From a bacterium (GTDB lineage Bacteria; Desulfobacterota; DSWW01): DNA of 64,000 nt. The notes below the pieces were generated by a model, which saw only the letters and a program-made list of their open reading frames with translations, did not search any database and was not told the DNA's origin. The DNA lies in NCBI GenBank assembly GCA_028277985.1, contig JANQFG010000265.1, positions 6,832 to 70,831 of the forward strand, written 5' to 3'. Numbering within the stretch: position 1 is the stretch's first letter; every line of letters starts with the position of its first letter. Positions 18,827-28,286 of the stretch are shown here, piece by piece. The translations under genes and the position numbers were made by a program.

Positions 18827-18848
18827 ACAAAAGAGAAAAGAGGAGCCC

Positions 18849-21737
18849 ATGAAACTACTGAATGATGCAGTGATCAGGGATCGATATGACGTTGTGGTCG
18901 TGGGAGCCGGGATTGGCGGGCTGACCGCTGCCGCTCTGCTGGCGAAGAGGGGACAGAGGGTTCTCGTTCTCGAGCAACACTATATCCCCGGGGGGTGCTG
19001 CACGGCGATCCGGCGCAACGATGTGGCCATCGACGTGGGTGCGGCCCTGCTGTTCGGATGGAACGACGAGACGAGCGCGCACCCCTTCGTGATGAACGAG
19101 CTCGAAGAAGAAATCGACCTGATTCCACACGATTCGACATACCGCATTCACCTCGGGAAGAAGACGGTCACGTTCTGGCGGGACCTGGACCGGTATCTCG
19201 ACGAATTGACGGCGGTGTTTCCGAACCAGGACAGGGAGATTCGTGCCCTCTACCGGGAGTGCAGCGAGTTGTACGAGATCATGATGGGAATGGCCAAGTT
19301 CCCCGTGCCCCCCACGGAGATACCCCCCCTGGACGGGCTCAAGATGGCGCTCAAGGATCCCATCGGGATGATGAAGATGCAGAAGCTCATGTCCATGTCC
19401 GGTGAGGATCTGCTCAAGAAGCACATCACCGATCCGAAAACGACCGATTTCTTCGACTTTCTCGTTGCCTCGTGCACGACCTGTACCGTCAAGGAGAGCC
19501 CTGCGAGCATGGTGGTCGGTATCTTCATGAACATCCATCTCGGTGGGACCTGCTACCCTTCGGGTTCCCCCCAGATGTTTCCGAACAAGCTCGAAAGGGC
19601 CCTGGAGAGATTCGGCGGCCAGATCGTTTACCGGAAGATGGTGGACGAGATCCTGATCTGGCAGGGGAAGGCCTACGGGGTTCGCTTGTCCGACGGAACC
19701 GAGATCCTGGCGGACACCGTGGTTTCCAATGCGGACGTCTGGACCCTCTACGGCACGTTGGTCAACCCGAAGCACATCAAGCCCGACCGGATGGAGTGGG
19801 CGCAGGGGTTCGATCCGACCCCGGCCATCCTGGTGCTCTATATAAGTGTGAAGGAGGAAGCCATTCCGGGAGGAACGCATCCGATCGAATTCTATGTACG
19901 AAGTCTCCACGATGTGCAGGGGGATAACTTCATGGTCTATATCCCCTCCCTCGAAGACCCGACCATTGCTCCGACGGGTACCCATTCCATCACGATCATG
20001 GGATCGAGCAAGATCGATTGGCCCCGTCCTCAGGATCGGTCCTATCGGTCGGACGAGTACAACCGGATGAAAGAAGAGGAGGCGGAGAGGGTCCTTGATC
20101 TGCTCCAGGCGAACTATCTGCCGAACCTGAAGGAAAACATCATCAGCATGGACGTCGGAACCGCATCGACCATCGAACGGTACACACGGAAGTACAAGGG
20201 GAACATCGGTGGGCCGAAAGTCACGACGGAACAGTTCTTCTTCAACCGGCTGAAGGCCCGCAGCGAATGGAAGAATCTCTACTGTGTGGGCGACTCGACC
20301 GCCATGGGCGAAGGGGTTGTTTCCGTGACCATGTCGGGTGTGGGGGCGGCCAACCAGATCTTGAAGGACAAGGGGCTCTTGCCGTACCGGCCTCGTGCGT
20401 TCTCCAAGCATTTCGTCAACATGATCGAGGGCAAGCCCTGGGTCGCGAGCCCGGATCCGGCAGATCCGATTACCGAAGAGGCGGCCATAAGAATCGGCAG
20501 GGACTGCCAGCACTGCGAAGATCCTGAATGTCAGAATGCGTGTCCGGCAGACATCGAGACGAGCCTTTTCGCCCGGCGCATAGAATCCGGGAATTTCGTG
20601 GGTGCCGCGAGGGTGTTGCGGGAGGTGAACCCCCTTTCGGAAGTCTGTGGATACATCTGTCCGGCAGAGCAATTCTGCGAAAAGAAATGCAGCCGGCTGG
20701 ACTTCGACGACCGACCCGTGCGAATCCGCGAGCTCCATGGGTGGGTCTGCGGTCACGCGTCCCGATTCGAGGGGTGGGATCGCTCCGTTCCAGGCCTTAA
20801 CGGCCATAAGGTGGCCGTTGTGGGCGCCGGACCGGCAGGCCTCACCTGTGCCCATTATCTGGCACGACTTGGTTACCGGGTGGACATCATGGAGAAAGCG
20901 AAGGCGTCCGGAGGGATGCTGACACATGCGGTTCCGGCCTTCCGTCTGCCGGACGAGGTCGTGGAGCGCGAGATAGAGGGTTTGAGCCTTCCGGGGATGG
21001 CATTCCAGTACGCAAAGGCCCTTGGCAAGGACTTCAGGATTGCGGAACTGGAGGCGGATTATGATGCCGTCTTCCTGGCACCCGGGTTGTGGTCGGGCCG
21101 AACGCTCGACATCCCCGGCCTGGAGAAGGCGAAGATGACGGACGGGCTGAGGTTCCTCCAATCCTGCCGGGGAAAGAAGAAGGGGAAAGTCGGAAAGAAT
21201 GTGGTGGTTGTAGGAGGGGGGAGCGTGGCGTCGGATGCAGCTGTTTCCGCCGTTGAATGCGGAGCAGAGAAGGTGACACTGGTGTGCCTCGAAGGTCCGG
21301 AGGAGATGCCGTGCCTCAAGAGTGAAATCGTTGAAATGAAGAATCACGGGATCGAGGTGCAGAACGGGTGGGGCCCGAAAGAAGTCACATCCGAATCGAA
21401 GATTTCCTTTGTATGCTGTACCTCGGTGTTCGATGAGACCGGAGCCTTTCGCCCTGTTTTCGATGAATCGAAAACCATGGAGTTGGATTTCGATCAGCTG
21501 ATTCTGGCCGTGGGGCAGCGAACGGAACCGGCTCTTGCCAAATACTTGAAGAAGGAATTCGGGCGGGATGACGGGCTGGATGTGGATCCGCAGACCATGG
21601 AGGTGATCGGCCGAAGCGGGGTATTTGCCGGCGGAGACATCGTGCGTGGAGCCGGAACCGTCGTGGAGGCAGTAGGGGACGGACGTCGTGCCGCCATGGC
21701 CATCGACGAGCAGGTGAGGGATGACCCGGGGTTCTGA
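18849..21737 (+). CDS. CrtI-like::GltD-like fusion flavoprotein (paralog 2, 962 aa)
   Basis: ATG 18849 (SD AAGAGGAG). Reads MKLLNDAVIRDRYDVVVVGAGIGGLTAAALLAKRG and has the same motif series as paralog 1, including CQHCEDPECQNACPAD and NPLSEVCGYICPAEQFCEKKC. The listed ORF start 18555 is an upstream open-frame extension. Confidence 0.85.
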   Translation: MKLLNDAVIRDRYDVVVVGAGIGGLTAAALLAKRGQRVLVLEQHYIPGGCCTAIRRNDVAIDVGAALLFGWNDETSAHPFVMNELEEEIDLIPHDSTYRIHLGKKTVTFWRDLDRYLDELTAVFPNQDREIRALYRECSELYEIMMGMAKFPVPPTEIPPLDGLKMALKDPIGMMKMQKLMSMSGEDLLKKHITDPKTTDFFDFLVASCTTCTVKESPASMVVGIFMNIHLGGTCYPSGSPQMFPNKLERALERFGGQIVYRKMVDEILIWQGKAYGVRLSDGTEILADTVVSNADVWTLYGTLVNPKHIKPDRMEWAQGFDPTPAILVLYISVKEEAIPGGTHPIEFYVRSLHDVQGDNFMVYIPSLEDPTIAPTGTHSITIMGSSKIDWPRPQDRSYRSDEYNRMKEEEAERVLDLLQANYLPNLKENIISMDVGTASTIERYTRKYKGNIGGPKVTTEQFFFNRLKARSEWKNLYCVGDSTAMGEGVVSVTMSGVGAANQILKDKGLLPYRPRAFSKHFVNMIEGKPWVASPDPADPITEEAAIRIGRDCQHCEDPECQNACPADIETSLFARRIESGNFVGAARVLREVNPLSEVCGYICPAEQFCEKKCSRLDFDDRPVRIRELHGWVCGHASRFEGWDRSVPGLNGHKVAVVGAGPAGLTCAHYLARLGYRVDIMEKAKASGGMLTHAVPAFRLPDEVVEREIEGLSLPGMAFQYAKALGKDFRIAELEADYDAVFLAPGLWSGRTLDIPGLEKAKMTDGLRFLQSCRGKKKGKVGKNVVVVGGGSVASDAAVSAVECGAEKVTLVCLEGPEEMPCLKSEIVEMKNHGIEVQNGWGPKEVTSESKISFVCCTSVFDETGAFRPVFDESKTMELDFDQLILAVGQRTEPALAKYLKKEFGRDDGLDVDPQTMEVIGRSGVFAGGDIVRGAGTVVEAVGDGRRAAMAIDEQVRDDPGF

Positions 21738-21773
21738 GACGAGGACGAGGATGAGGACGACGACGAGGACGAT
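21738..21773. repeat. Codon-periodic (GAC/GAG/GAT)12 tract immediately after the TGA stop
   Basis: GACGAGGACGAGGATGAGGACGACGACGAGGACGAT is in frame with the preceding gene and would read DEDEDEDDDEDD. Confidence 0.6.
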
Positions 21774-21796
21774 AGCTTGGGAAAGGAAAGCAACAA

Positions 21797-24691
21797 GTGC
21801 AGCTACTTGACAATGCAGTGATCAGAGATCGTTACGATGTGATTGTTGTAGGAGCCGGTATCGGGGGGCTGACTGCCGCCGCCCTGTTGGCCAAGAAGGG
21901 GATTCGCGTTCTGGTCATCGAGCAGCATTACATGCCGGGTGGTGTCTGCGGCGGTATCCGGCGCCGGGGCGTCACGATGGACGTGGGAGCGACGGTCCTC
22001 TATGGGTTCGGGGAAAGAGGATACAACACCCACCGGTTCGTGATGAACGAGCTGGAAGAAGACATCGACATGATTCCCCGGGAAGCGATCTATCACATGC
22101 ACGTCGAGGACTACAGCATCATCTTCTGGCTGGAGTTCGAGCCCTTTTTCAAGCAGCTGGTGGAGCTGTTTCCTGACCAGGAGAAGGAACTCAGGCATTT
22201 CTATGACTATCTTTTCGACCTCTATGAAGGGACGATCCTGAAGAACGAAACGATTGTTCCGCCCACAGAGATGTCGCCGAAAGACAACCTGAAGCTCTTT
22301 GTGAAGAACCCCTTGGGCACGATCAAGATGGTTTCGATGATGTCCAAGAGTGCGGAAAGCGTCTTCGAGAAATTCTTCACAGACCGAAAGGTCATAGACT
22401 TCTTCGACATGCTGACCCGCACTTTTTCTTACGTGGATGCGGATGAGTGCCCTGCGATTCTCTCTGTCACCATGTTTGCAGACAACCACATCGGCGGCGC
22501 CTATTATCCGTCAGGCTCTCCGCAGATGCTTTCCAACAAACTGGAAAGGGCGATCGAACGGCATGGAGGCCAGATCCTTTACCGCCACCTGGTGGATGAG
22601 ATTCTCATCACGGACGGAAAGGCCCATGGTGTTCGGCTGGCAGACGGCACCGAGATCCATGCCGACCGGGTCGTCTCGGATGCGGCGATCTGGAACCTCT
22701 ATGGAAAACTGGTGCGACCCGAGCACATCGAACCGAAACGCATGAAATGGGCGCAGGACTTCATTCCGTGTCACAGCAACGTGATCCTTTACATCGGTGC
22801 GGACGCAAAGGGGATCCCGGAGGACGCTCGCCCGATGGAAATCATCATCGAGGATCCGAACAAGGTGGACGGCCACGGGATCACCGTATACATCCCCACC
22901 CTCGTGGACCCGACCGTGAGCCCTCCGGATACCTGCTCGATAACGATCACTGCTGTTTCCACCCTGGAATGGCCCCGTCCGGGTGACCCTGGTTACCAAT
23001 CTGAAGCATACCGGCAGATGAAGGAGGAGGAGGCAGAGAAGATCCTGGACAGGCTGAAACCTCGGTTTCCGAGCTTGAGAAAACACATCAACACAATGGA
23101 TATCGCTACGCCGAGCACCATAGAGCGATACACCCTCAAGAGCTGGGGGAATGTGGGTGGCCCGAAACAGATGCTCGGCCAGGACATGATGAAACGGCTC
23201 AAGGCTCGGAGCGATTGGAAGAACCTGTACCTCGTGGGGGACTCCACGGTCATGGGGTTGGGGGTCCTGCCGGCCACAACGTCCGGGGTCGGTGCAGCCA
23301 ACATGATCTTGAAGGATGTGGGGCTCAAAGAGTACGCACCTCGCACGTTTGCGCGACAGTTCGTCCATTTCACGGAAGGAAAGCCCTGGACCCCCGAGCC
23401 GGACGATTCGGAGCCGATCACGGAAGACTCGGCCATGCGTATGGCCCGTGCCTGTGATCACTGCGAAGAAGCGGGCTGTATCGGGGCCTGTCCGGCAGGG
23501 ATCGATCTCGTGGGGTTTCACCGGCGGGTCGAGTCCGGCAATTTCGCCGGGGCGGCCCGGTCCATGCGGGATATGAACCCGCTTGCAGAGATCTGCGGCC
23601 ACGTCTGCCCGGCGGAGCGGTTCTGTCAAAAGCAATGCAACCGCCTGGACTATACCGACAAGCCGGTGCGTATAGCGGATCTTCATGGATGGGTGTGCGG
23701 GCATGTCCCGCAGGACGAGGGCTGGGAACAGTATGTCCTCCCCTTGAACGGTCGGCGGATTGCTGTTGTGGGATCGGGCCCGGCCGGCTTGACCTGCGCC
23801 CACTACCTGGGCCGTCTTGGATGCAGGGTGGATGTGCTGGAGAAAGCGGAGAAGCCCGGCGGGATGCTGGCAATGGCCCTTCCTCCGTTCCGCATTTCCG
23901 ATGACGTGCTTGCGCGGGAAATCGATGGGATGACCCTTTCAACCATGCGTTTCGAGTACGGAAAGACACTGGGCAAGGACTATTCGGTCTCCGATCTGGA
24001 GGATGACTACGATGCCGTCTTCCTGGCCCCGGGATTGTGGTCCGGCCGGGAGGTGGAGGTGCCGGGTGCGGACAAGGCGGAAACGATCGACGCCCTCGGT
24101 CTCCTCTGTTCCTACCGGTGCGAGGGTCGGGTGGAAATGGGGAAGAGGGCTGTCATCATCGGAGGGGGGAGCGTGGCTGCGGACGCAGCCCTTGCAGCAA
24201 AAGACTCGGGAGCCGAGAAGGTTTCGCTGGTCTGTCTGGAGGGGGAGGGCGAGATGCCGGCGCTTTCCGGAGAGCTGTCCGAGTTGAGGAGATTGGGAGT
24301 CGAGATTCTTCACGGATGGGGTCCCCGGGCCTTTCTTGACTCGAAGAAAATCTCTTTCAAGGCGTGTGAGCGCGTTTTTGACGAACAGAACCGGTTTCAG
24401 CCGACCTACGATGAATCGAGATCGATGGAGATGGACTTTGACACCTTGATCTGGGCGGTCGGGCAGGAGGTGGAGCCATCGCTGGCGGATTACCTGAAGA
24501 GCGAGTTCGGATGCGTTGGCTTGATCCCGGTTGAACAGGACACGATGCAGGTCACGGGCCGCCCCGGCGTCTTTGCCGGTGGCGACATCGTTCGAGGAGC
24601 AGGGACGGTCGTGGAGGCTGTCCGCGACGGTCGTCTCGCAGCAATGGGTATCGAGGCCTGGCTGACCGAACAGGTCAAAGATCAAAGGTGA
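21797..24691 (+). CDS. CrtI-like::GltD-like fusion flavoprotein (paralog 3, 964 aa)
   Basis: GTG start. Reads (M)QLLDNAVIRDRYDVIVVGAGIGGLTAAALLAKKG, with CDHCEEAGCIGACPAG, NPLAEICGHVCPAERFCQKQC, VVGSGPAGLTCAHYL and VFAGGDIVRGAGTVVEAVRDGRLAA. Confidence 0.85.
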   Translation: MQLLDNAVIRDRYDVIVVGAGIGGLTAAALLAKKGIRVLVIEQHYMPGGVCGGIRRRGVTMDVGATVLYGFGERGYNTHRFVMNELEEDIDMIPREAIYHMHVEDYSIIFWLEFEPFFKQLVELFPDQEKELRHFYDYLFDLYEGTILKNETIVPPTEMSPKDNLKLFVKNPLGTIKMVSMMSKSAESVFEKFFTDRKVIDFFDMLTRTFSYVDADECPAILSVTMFADNHIGGAYYPSGSPQMLSNKLERAIERHGGQILYRHLVDEILITDGKAHGVRLADGTEIHADRVVSDAAIWNLYGKLVRPEHIEPKRMKWAQDFIPCHSNVILYIGADAKGIPEDARPMEIIIEDPNKVDGHGITVYIPTLVDPTVSPPDTCSITITAVSTLEWPRPGDPGYQSEAYRQMKEEEAEKILDRLKPRFPSLRKHINTMDIATPSTIERYTLKSWGNVGGPKQMLGQDMMKRLKARSDWKNLYLVGDSTVMGLGVLPATTSGVGAANMILKDVGLKEYAPRTFARQFVHFTEGKPWTPEPDDSEPITEDSAMRMARACDHCEEAGCIGACPAGIDLVGFHRRVESGNFAGAARSMRDMNPLAEICGHVCPAERFCQKQCNRLDYTDKPVRIADLHGWVCGHVPQDEGWEQYVLPLNGRRIAVVGSGPAGLTCAHYLGRLGCRVDVLEKAEKPGGMLAMALPPFRISDDVLAREIDGMTLSTMRFEYGKTLGKDYSVSDLEDDYDAVFLAPGLWSGREVEVPGADKAETIDALGLLCSYRCEGRVEMGKRAVIIGGGSVAADAALAAKDSGAEKVSLVCLEGEGEMPALSGELSELRRLGVEILHGWGPRAFLDSKKISFKACERVFDEQNRFQPTYDESRSMEMDFDTLIWAVGQEVEPSLADYLKSEFGCVGLIPVEQDTMQVTGRPGVFAGGDIVRGAGTVVEAVRDGRLAAMGIEAWLTEQVKDQR

Positions 24692-24776
24692 AAGATCAAT
24701 AAAGACCCCGGGACGGAGTGGTCACCCGTGGTCCTTCTGTTTCTTGTCACCTCGACATGGCAAAGGGGGGAGGCAT

Positions 24777-26333
24777 ATGACCGACAAGGTCGACGTCGTG
24801 ATCATCGGGGGAGGGATCGCCGGCCTTTGTACCGGGCTCTACCTGCAGAAGATGGGCAAGCGGTCCATCATCCTGGAGCACGGCAAGCAGGTGGGCGGCA
24901 ACATGTCCGGCATCTGGCGGAAGGGCTTCTACTTTGATTGCGGCGACCAGTCCACCGAGGAGGTCGGGATCCTGTTCCCCGTTCTGAAGGAGTTGGATCT
25001 CTATGACCCTGATGACTGGGTCCGGGCGAGATTTCGTTACGTGACGCCCGATTGCGATGTCATGATGTACGACTATGACGAGATGCGGGAAGGGTTCAAG
25101 AAGGCCTTTCCGGGATCCAAGGCGGAACTGGACAGGTGGTTCGACTTCATCAAGCCCCAGTGCGAGAGCATGCGGCGAATGATGGGAGAGGGAGCCTTCA
25201 ACCTGCTTCTCGAGGGCAAGGAGAAAGTGCGGGCAAACCTCAGGATGTTGATCAACTCCGCCTCCATGGGCACCACGGGGATGAAGATGATGTCCATGAC
25301 CGGGGAAGAAAAGGCCCTCGAGTATTTCCCGGACGAGCCGCGTCTGTCGTACCTCTTCGGAGTGGGCGGAGCCGAGAACATGCTCCTCATGATGCATATG
25401 ACCTTCTGGTACAGCTTCGTCCAGGACTACTGGTACCCGAGCGCGGGCCTGCAGGGGTTCATGTACAAGCTGGCTGACGCCTACCAGGAGCGGGGAGGGG
25501 TGATCCACCTGAAGTCGACTGTGGACAAGGTGATTACCTCGGGTCCCTGGGTGACCGGGGTAGAGACCTCAGGGGGGGAGCGATTCCGTGCGGATCATTA
25601 CGTCAACACGGGAAACCCCAAACGCCTCATCAACGAGATGCTGGACGACAACAGGGTGTGGCCCTACAGGGACCGACAGATAACCACGGCGGCACCCGTG
25701 TCCCAGTCGATCTGTTCCGCCTTCCTCGGGGTCGATATGGATGCGGAGGAGCTGAAGAAACACATGAAAGACCACCATACCCTGTACTGGCGCAGCTATG
25801 AATCCGTCGGCTTGGACATGTACGACCCGGAAGCCCACAACAAGGGCTGGGCCATGCTTAGCGCCCCTTCTCTTCATTTACCGCACCTGGCTCCTGAAGG
25901 GAAGAGCTCTTTGAATATCCAGGTGAACACCTCTTACCACTGGCAGAACGGCTGGGCGACCGGCACGGACGACCCCTTTTCCCGTACGCCCCAGTACCGA
26001 AAACTCAAGAAGAAGGTGCTGGACGATATCATCCGTGAGAGCGAATACATCATTCCAGGGCTGTCGGAGAAGATCGTCTACAAGGAGATGGCCACGCCCC
26101 GGTCCTTTTCCCGATGGACCTTGAATCCGGAGGGGGCGATCATGGGGTGGACCTATGACTCCCTCAAGGCCCACATGGCAAAGACGTATGCGCGGTTCCG
26201 CACGCCTTACAAGAATCTGTTCATGGCGGGGCAGTACGCGACGTGGCCGGCGGGCGTCGTCTTTTCGGCAATGTCCGGGAAGATCGTGTCCAAGGGGATC
26301 TACGGGGGGTTCTGGCGTCAGCTTCTCTACTAG
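24777..26333 (+). CDS. CrtI-family NAD(P)/FAD-dependent oxidoreductase
   Basis: ATG 24777 (SD GGGGGGAGG). Reads MTDKVDVVIIGGGIAGLCTGLYLQKMGKRSIILEHGKQVGGN, with C-terminal NLFMAGQYATWPAGVVFSAMSG. Confidence 0.75.
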   Translation: MTDKVDVVIIGGGIAGLCTGLYLQKMGKRSIILEHGKQVGGNMSGIWRKGFYFDCGDQSTEEVGILFPVLKELDLYDPDDWVRARFRYVTPDCDVMMYDYDEMREGFKKAFPGSKAELDRWFDFIKPQCESMRRMMGEGAFNLLLEGKEKVRANLRMLINSASMGTTGMKMMSMTGEEKALEYFPDEPRLSYLFGVGGAENMLLMMHMTFWYSFVQDYWYPSAGLQGFMYKLADAYQERGGVIHLKSTVDKVITSGPWVTGVETSGGERFRADHYVNTGNPKRLINEMLDDNRVWPYRDRQITTAAPVSQSICSAFLGVDMDAEELKKHMKDHHTLYWRSYESVGLDMYDPEAHNKGWAMLSAPSLHLPHLAPEGKSSLNIQVNTSYHWQNGWATGTDDPFSRTPQYRKLKKKVLDDIIRESEYIIPGLSEKIVYKEMATPRSFSRWTLNPEGAIMGWTYDSLKAHMAKTYARFRTPYKNLFMAGQYATWPAGVVFSAMSGKIVSKGIYGGFWRQLLY

Positions 26334-26423
26334 TGGAAAACCGGATCGAGAGCTGGCTGGGCGATGGTAGATATTGCGAAGGCGTGTGCGGAAGCGAATG
26401 TTCTGATCAGGGAGTGAGCTGCT

Positions 26424-27935
26424 ATGGGAACGACGGACTACGACGCCATCGTGATCGGGGCAGGGTGCGGCGGCATTACCTGCGCGTCCATTCTGGCCAA
26501 AAGGGGAATGAAAACCCTTCTGCTCGAGCAGAACGACATCATCGGGGGGTGCTGCTCCACCTTTGAAGCGGAGGGGTTCCACTTTGATACGGGAGCGTCC
26601 ATCGTGGAGATGCCGGAAGGCATTGACGTCATCTTCGAGCGCCTTGGGAGGAAGCGGCAGGATTACATCGATCTTCGGCCTTGCGACCCGATGTACTCGT
26701 TCCGGACGCCGGAGGGCGAGTATCTGGATATCCCCACCGATTTCGATGCCATGTACGAGCTGATCAAATCTTACTCGCCCGAGGACGCGGAAGGGTGGCG
26801 TGACTATTGCGCATATTGGAAGGTGAGCATAGAGGAAGGGATGAAGACTTACCTTCACAGCGACATGCAGTCCTGGAAGAGCATGCTCAAGATGTCCATG
26901 CGCTCGCCCAAGATGCTCAAGTACATGTCCAACTTCTACCTGACCTATGAGATCCTCATAAAGAAATGGTTCAAACATCAGACGACCCTGGACTCCCTGG
27001 GATTCCAGTCGTTCTGGATCGGGTTGCCGCCGCGGCTCTGCCCGGGTCTGTATGCGGGGATCACATACTCGGAGCACGAGGGGATCTACTACCCCATGGG
27101 CGGGATGATCTCCGTACCCCAGGGGATCCTGACCGTGGGGCAGGAGTTCGGGTTGGAGGTGCGGCTCGATACCGAGGTCACCAAGGTGATCGTTCGGAAC
27201 GGGAAGGCCCGAGGAGTGGAGCTCAAGGACGGGACCAAGCTGGGTGCCAAGGTGGTGGTCTCCAATATCAACGCGAAGGTTCTGTACTTGAAGTTGATCG
27301 GAGAAGATCATCTCCCCGCACGGGTCAAGAAAGGGGTTGAGAGCTACAAGCTCTCGTTGTGCATGCCGATGATCTACCTCGGGATCAAGGGAGAGGTGCC
27401 CCTGCGAGCCCATCACAACCTGCAACTGGGCCGCTTTCAGACCATGAACGAGATGTGGGAGAAGTACTTCCTGGCCGGACGCTTCCCGGAAGACCCGGTC
27501 AGTCTTCTGGCCTGGCCTACGGAAACGGATCCGTCCCTGGCGCCGGAGGGCCACCATGTCGTCAATGTGGGGGCCATGGGGTCCTATCACCTGGACCACG
27601 GGACCTGGGACGAGCGCGGGGAAGAATACACCGACCTGATTCTGGGGTACGTGGACCAGACCCTCTGGCCGGGAATCCGTGATCAGATTGTCTACCAGAA
27701 CCTATCGACCCCCCTGGATTTTGAACGGAGGCTCTTGAGTCCTGAGGGCGCCGTGTACGCCCTTCAGAATGACATCCCCTCGACCATGATCTTTCGGCCC
27801 TCCAACCGGTCCAAGAGCATAGAGGGGCTCTATCTGACCGGCGCCTCCACACATCCGGGCGGAGGGGTCGTGATGACGATCGCCAGTGGCGGCATTTCCG
27901 CGGACCTGATCGAGAGGGACCTGCCCCATTTATAA
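26424..27935 (+). CDS. CrtI/phytoene-desaturase-family oxidoreductase
   Basis: Reads MGTTDYDAIVIGAGCGGITCASILAKRGMKTLLLEQNDIIGGCCSTFE, with C-terminal LYLTGASTHPGGGVVMTIASG. Confidence 0.8.
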   Translation: MGTTDYDAIVIGAGCGGITCASILAKRGMKTLLLEQNDIIGGCCSTFEAEGFHFDTGASIVEMPEGIDVIFERLGRKRQDYIDLRPCDPMYSFRTPEGEYLDIPTDFDAMYELIKSYSPEDAEGWRDYCAYWKVSIEEGMKTYLHSDMQSWKSMLKMSMRSPKMLKYMSNFYLTYEILIKKWFKHQTTLDSLGFQSFWIGLPPRLCPGLYAGITYSEHEGIYYPMGGMISVPQGILTVGQEFGLEVRLDTEVTKVIVRNGKARGVELKDGTKLGAKVVVSNINAKVLYLKLIGEDHLPARVKKGVESYKLSLCMPMIYLGIKGEVPLRAHHNLQLGRFQTMNEMWEKYFLAGRFPEDPVSLLAWPTETDPSLAPEGHHVVNVGAMGSYHLDHGTWDERGEEYTDLILGYVDQTLWPGIRDQIVYQNLSTPLDFERRLLSPEGAVYALQNDIPSTMIFRPSNRSKSIEGLYLTGASTHPGGGVVMTIASGGISADLIERDLPHL

Positions 27936-27984
27936 TGAAGCGTGAGGAACCGAAAGCCGACGGAGGCCGGAAGAGGAGAGTGAC

Positions 27985-28146
27985 ATGGGTTTCATTCTAG
28001 CCGTGTTCAAGTGGGTGGTTCTCATTGCGGTGGCTTACTACACCTTCAAGATCGTTCGAGCGTTGATCCGGGAACCGAATCTGCGGCTCTATCTGGTGAA
28101 GACGGCGAAGGAGGCGAAGAACATGTACTATCGATATCATGTATGA
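27985..28146 (+). CDS. Small (53 aa) single-TM protein, hypothetical
   Basis: Below the ORF-track cutoff. ATG 27985 lies 4 nt after SD AAGAGGAGAG. Reads MGFILAVFKWVVLIAVAYYTFKIVRALIREPNLRLYLVKTAKEAKNMYYRYHV, a hydrophobic helix followed by a basic tail. It closes the CrtI operon. Confidence 0.45.
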   Translation: MGFILAVFKWVVLIAVAYYTFKIVRALIREPNLRLYLVKTAKEAKNMYYRYHV

Positions 28147-28164
28147 GGCGGGGCGAATCACTGG

Positions 28165-28193
28165 TTGACAATATATTACGAAAATGGTAGTTT
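28165..28193 (+). promoter_or_regulatory. Sigma70-like promoter upstream of marR-family gene
   Basis: TTGACA, then the 17-nt spacer ATATATTACGAAAATGG, then TAGTTT. It is nearly superimposable on the 15749-15778 promoter (TTGACAAT...TACGAAAWTGGTA.TTTT). Confidence 0.55.
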
Positions 28194-28286
28194 TGGAAAA
28201 CGGTAGTAACAAGCGTATGCCTGGAGGGCTTGCTGGGTTTGTTTTATTATTAAATAGTTACAGACTAAATGTAAGGAGTAGCTTGA

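Noticed and set aside
18555-18848. An upstream extension of fusion paralog 2 (ORF track start 18555), and likewise the extensions at 15677 and 12621.
   Set aside because: The extensions overlap the 3' end of the preceding gene or non-coding repeats. Alignment of the paralog N-termini and the SD positions fix the starts at 18849, 15845 and 12825.
28194-28286. A sigma54-type -24/-12 element (CCTGGAGGGCTTGCTGG) in the MarR leader.
   Set aside because: The GG-to-GC spacing is about 3 nt too short compared with TGGCAC-N5-TTGC.
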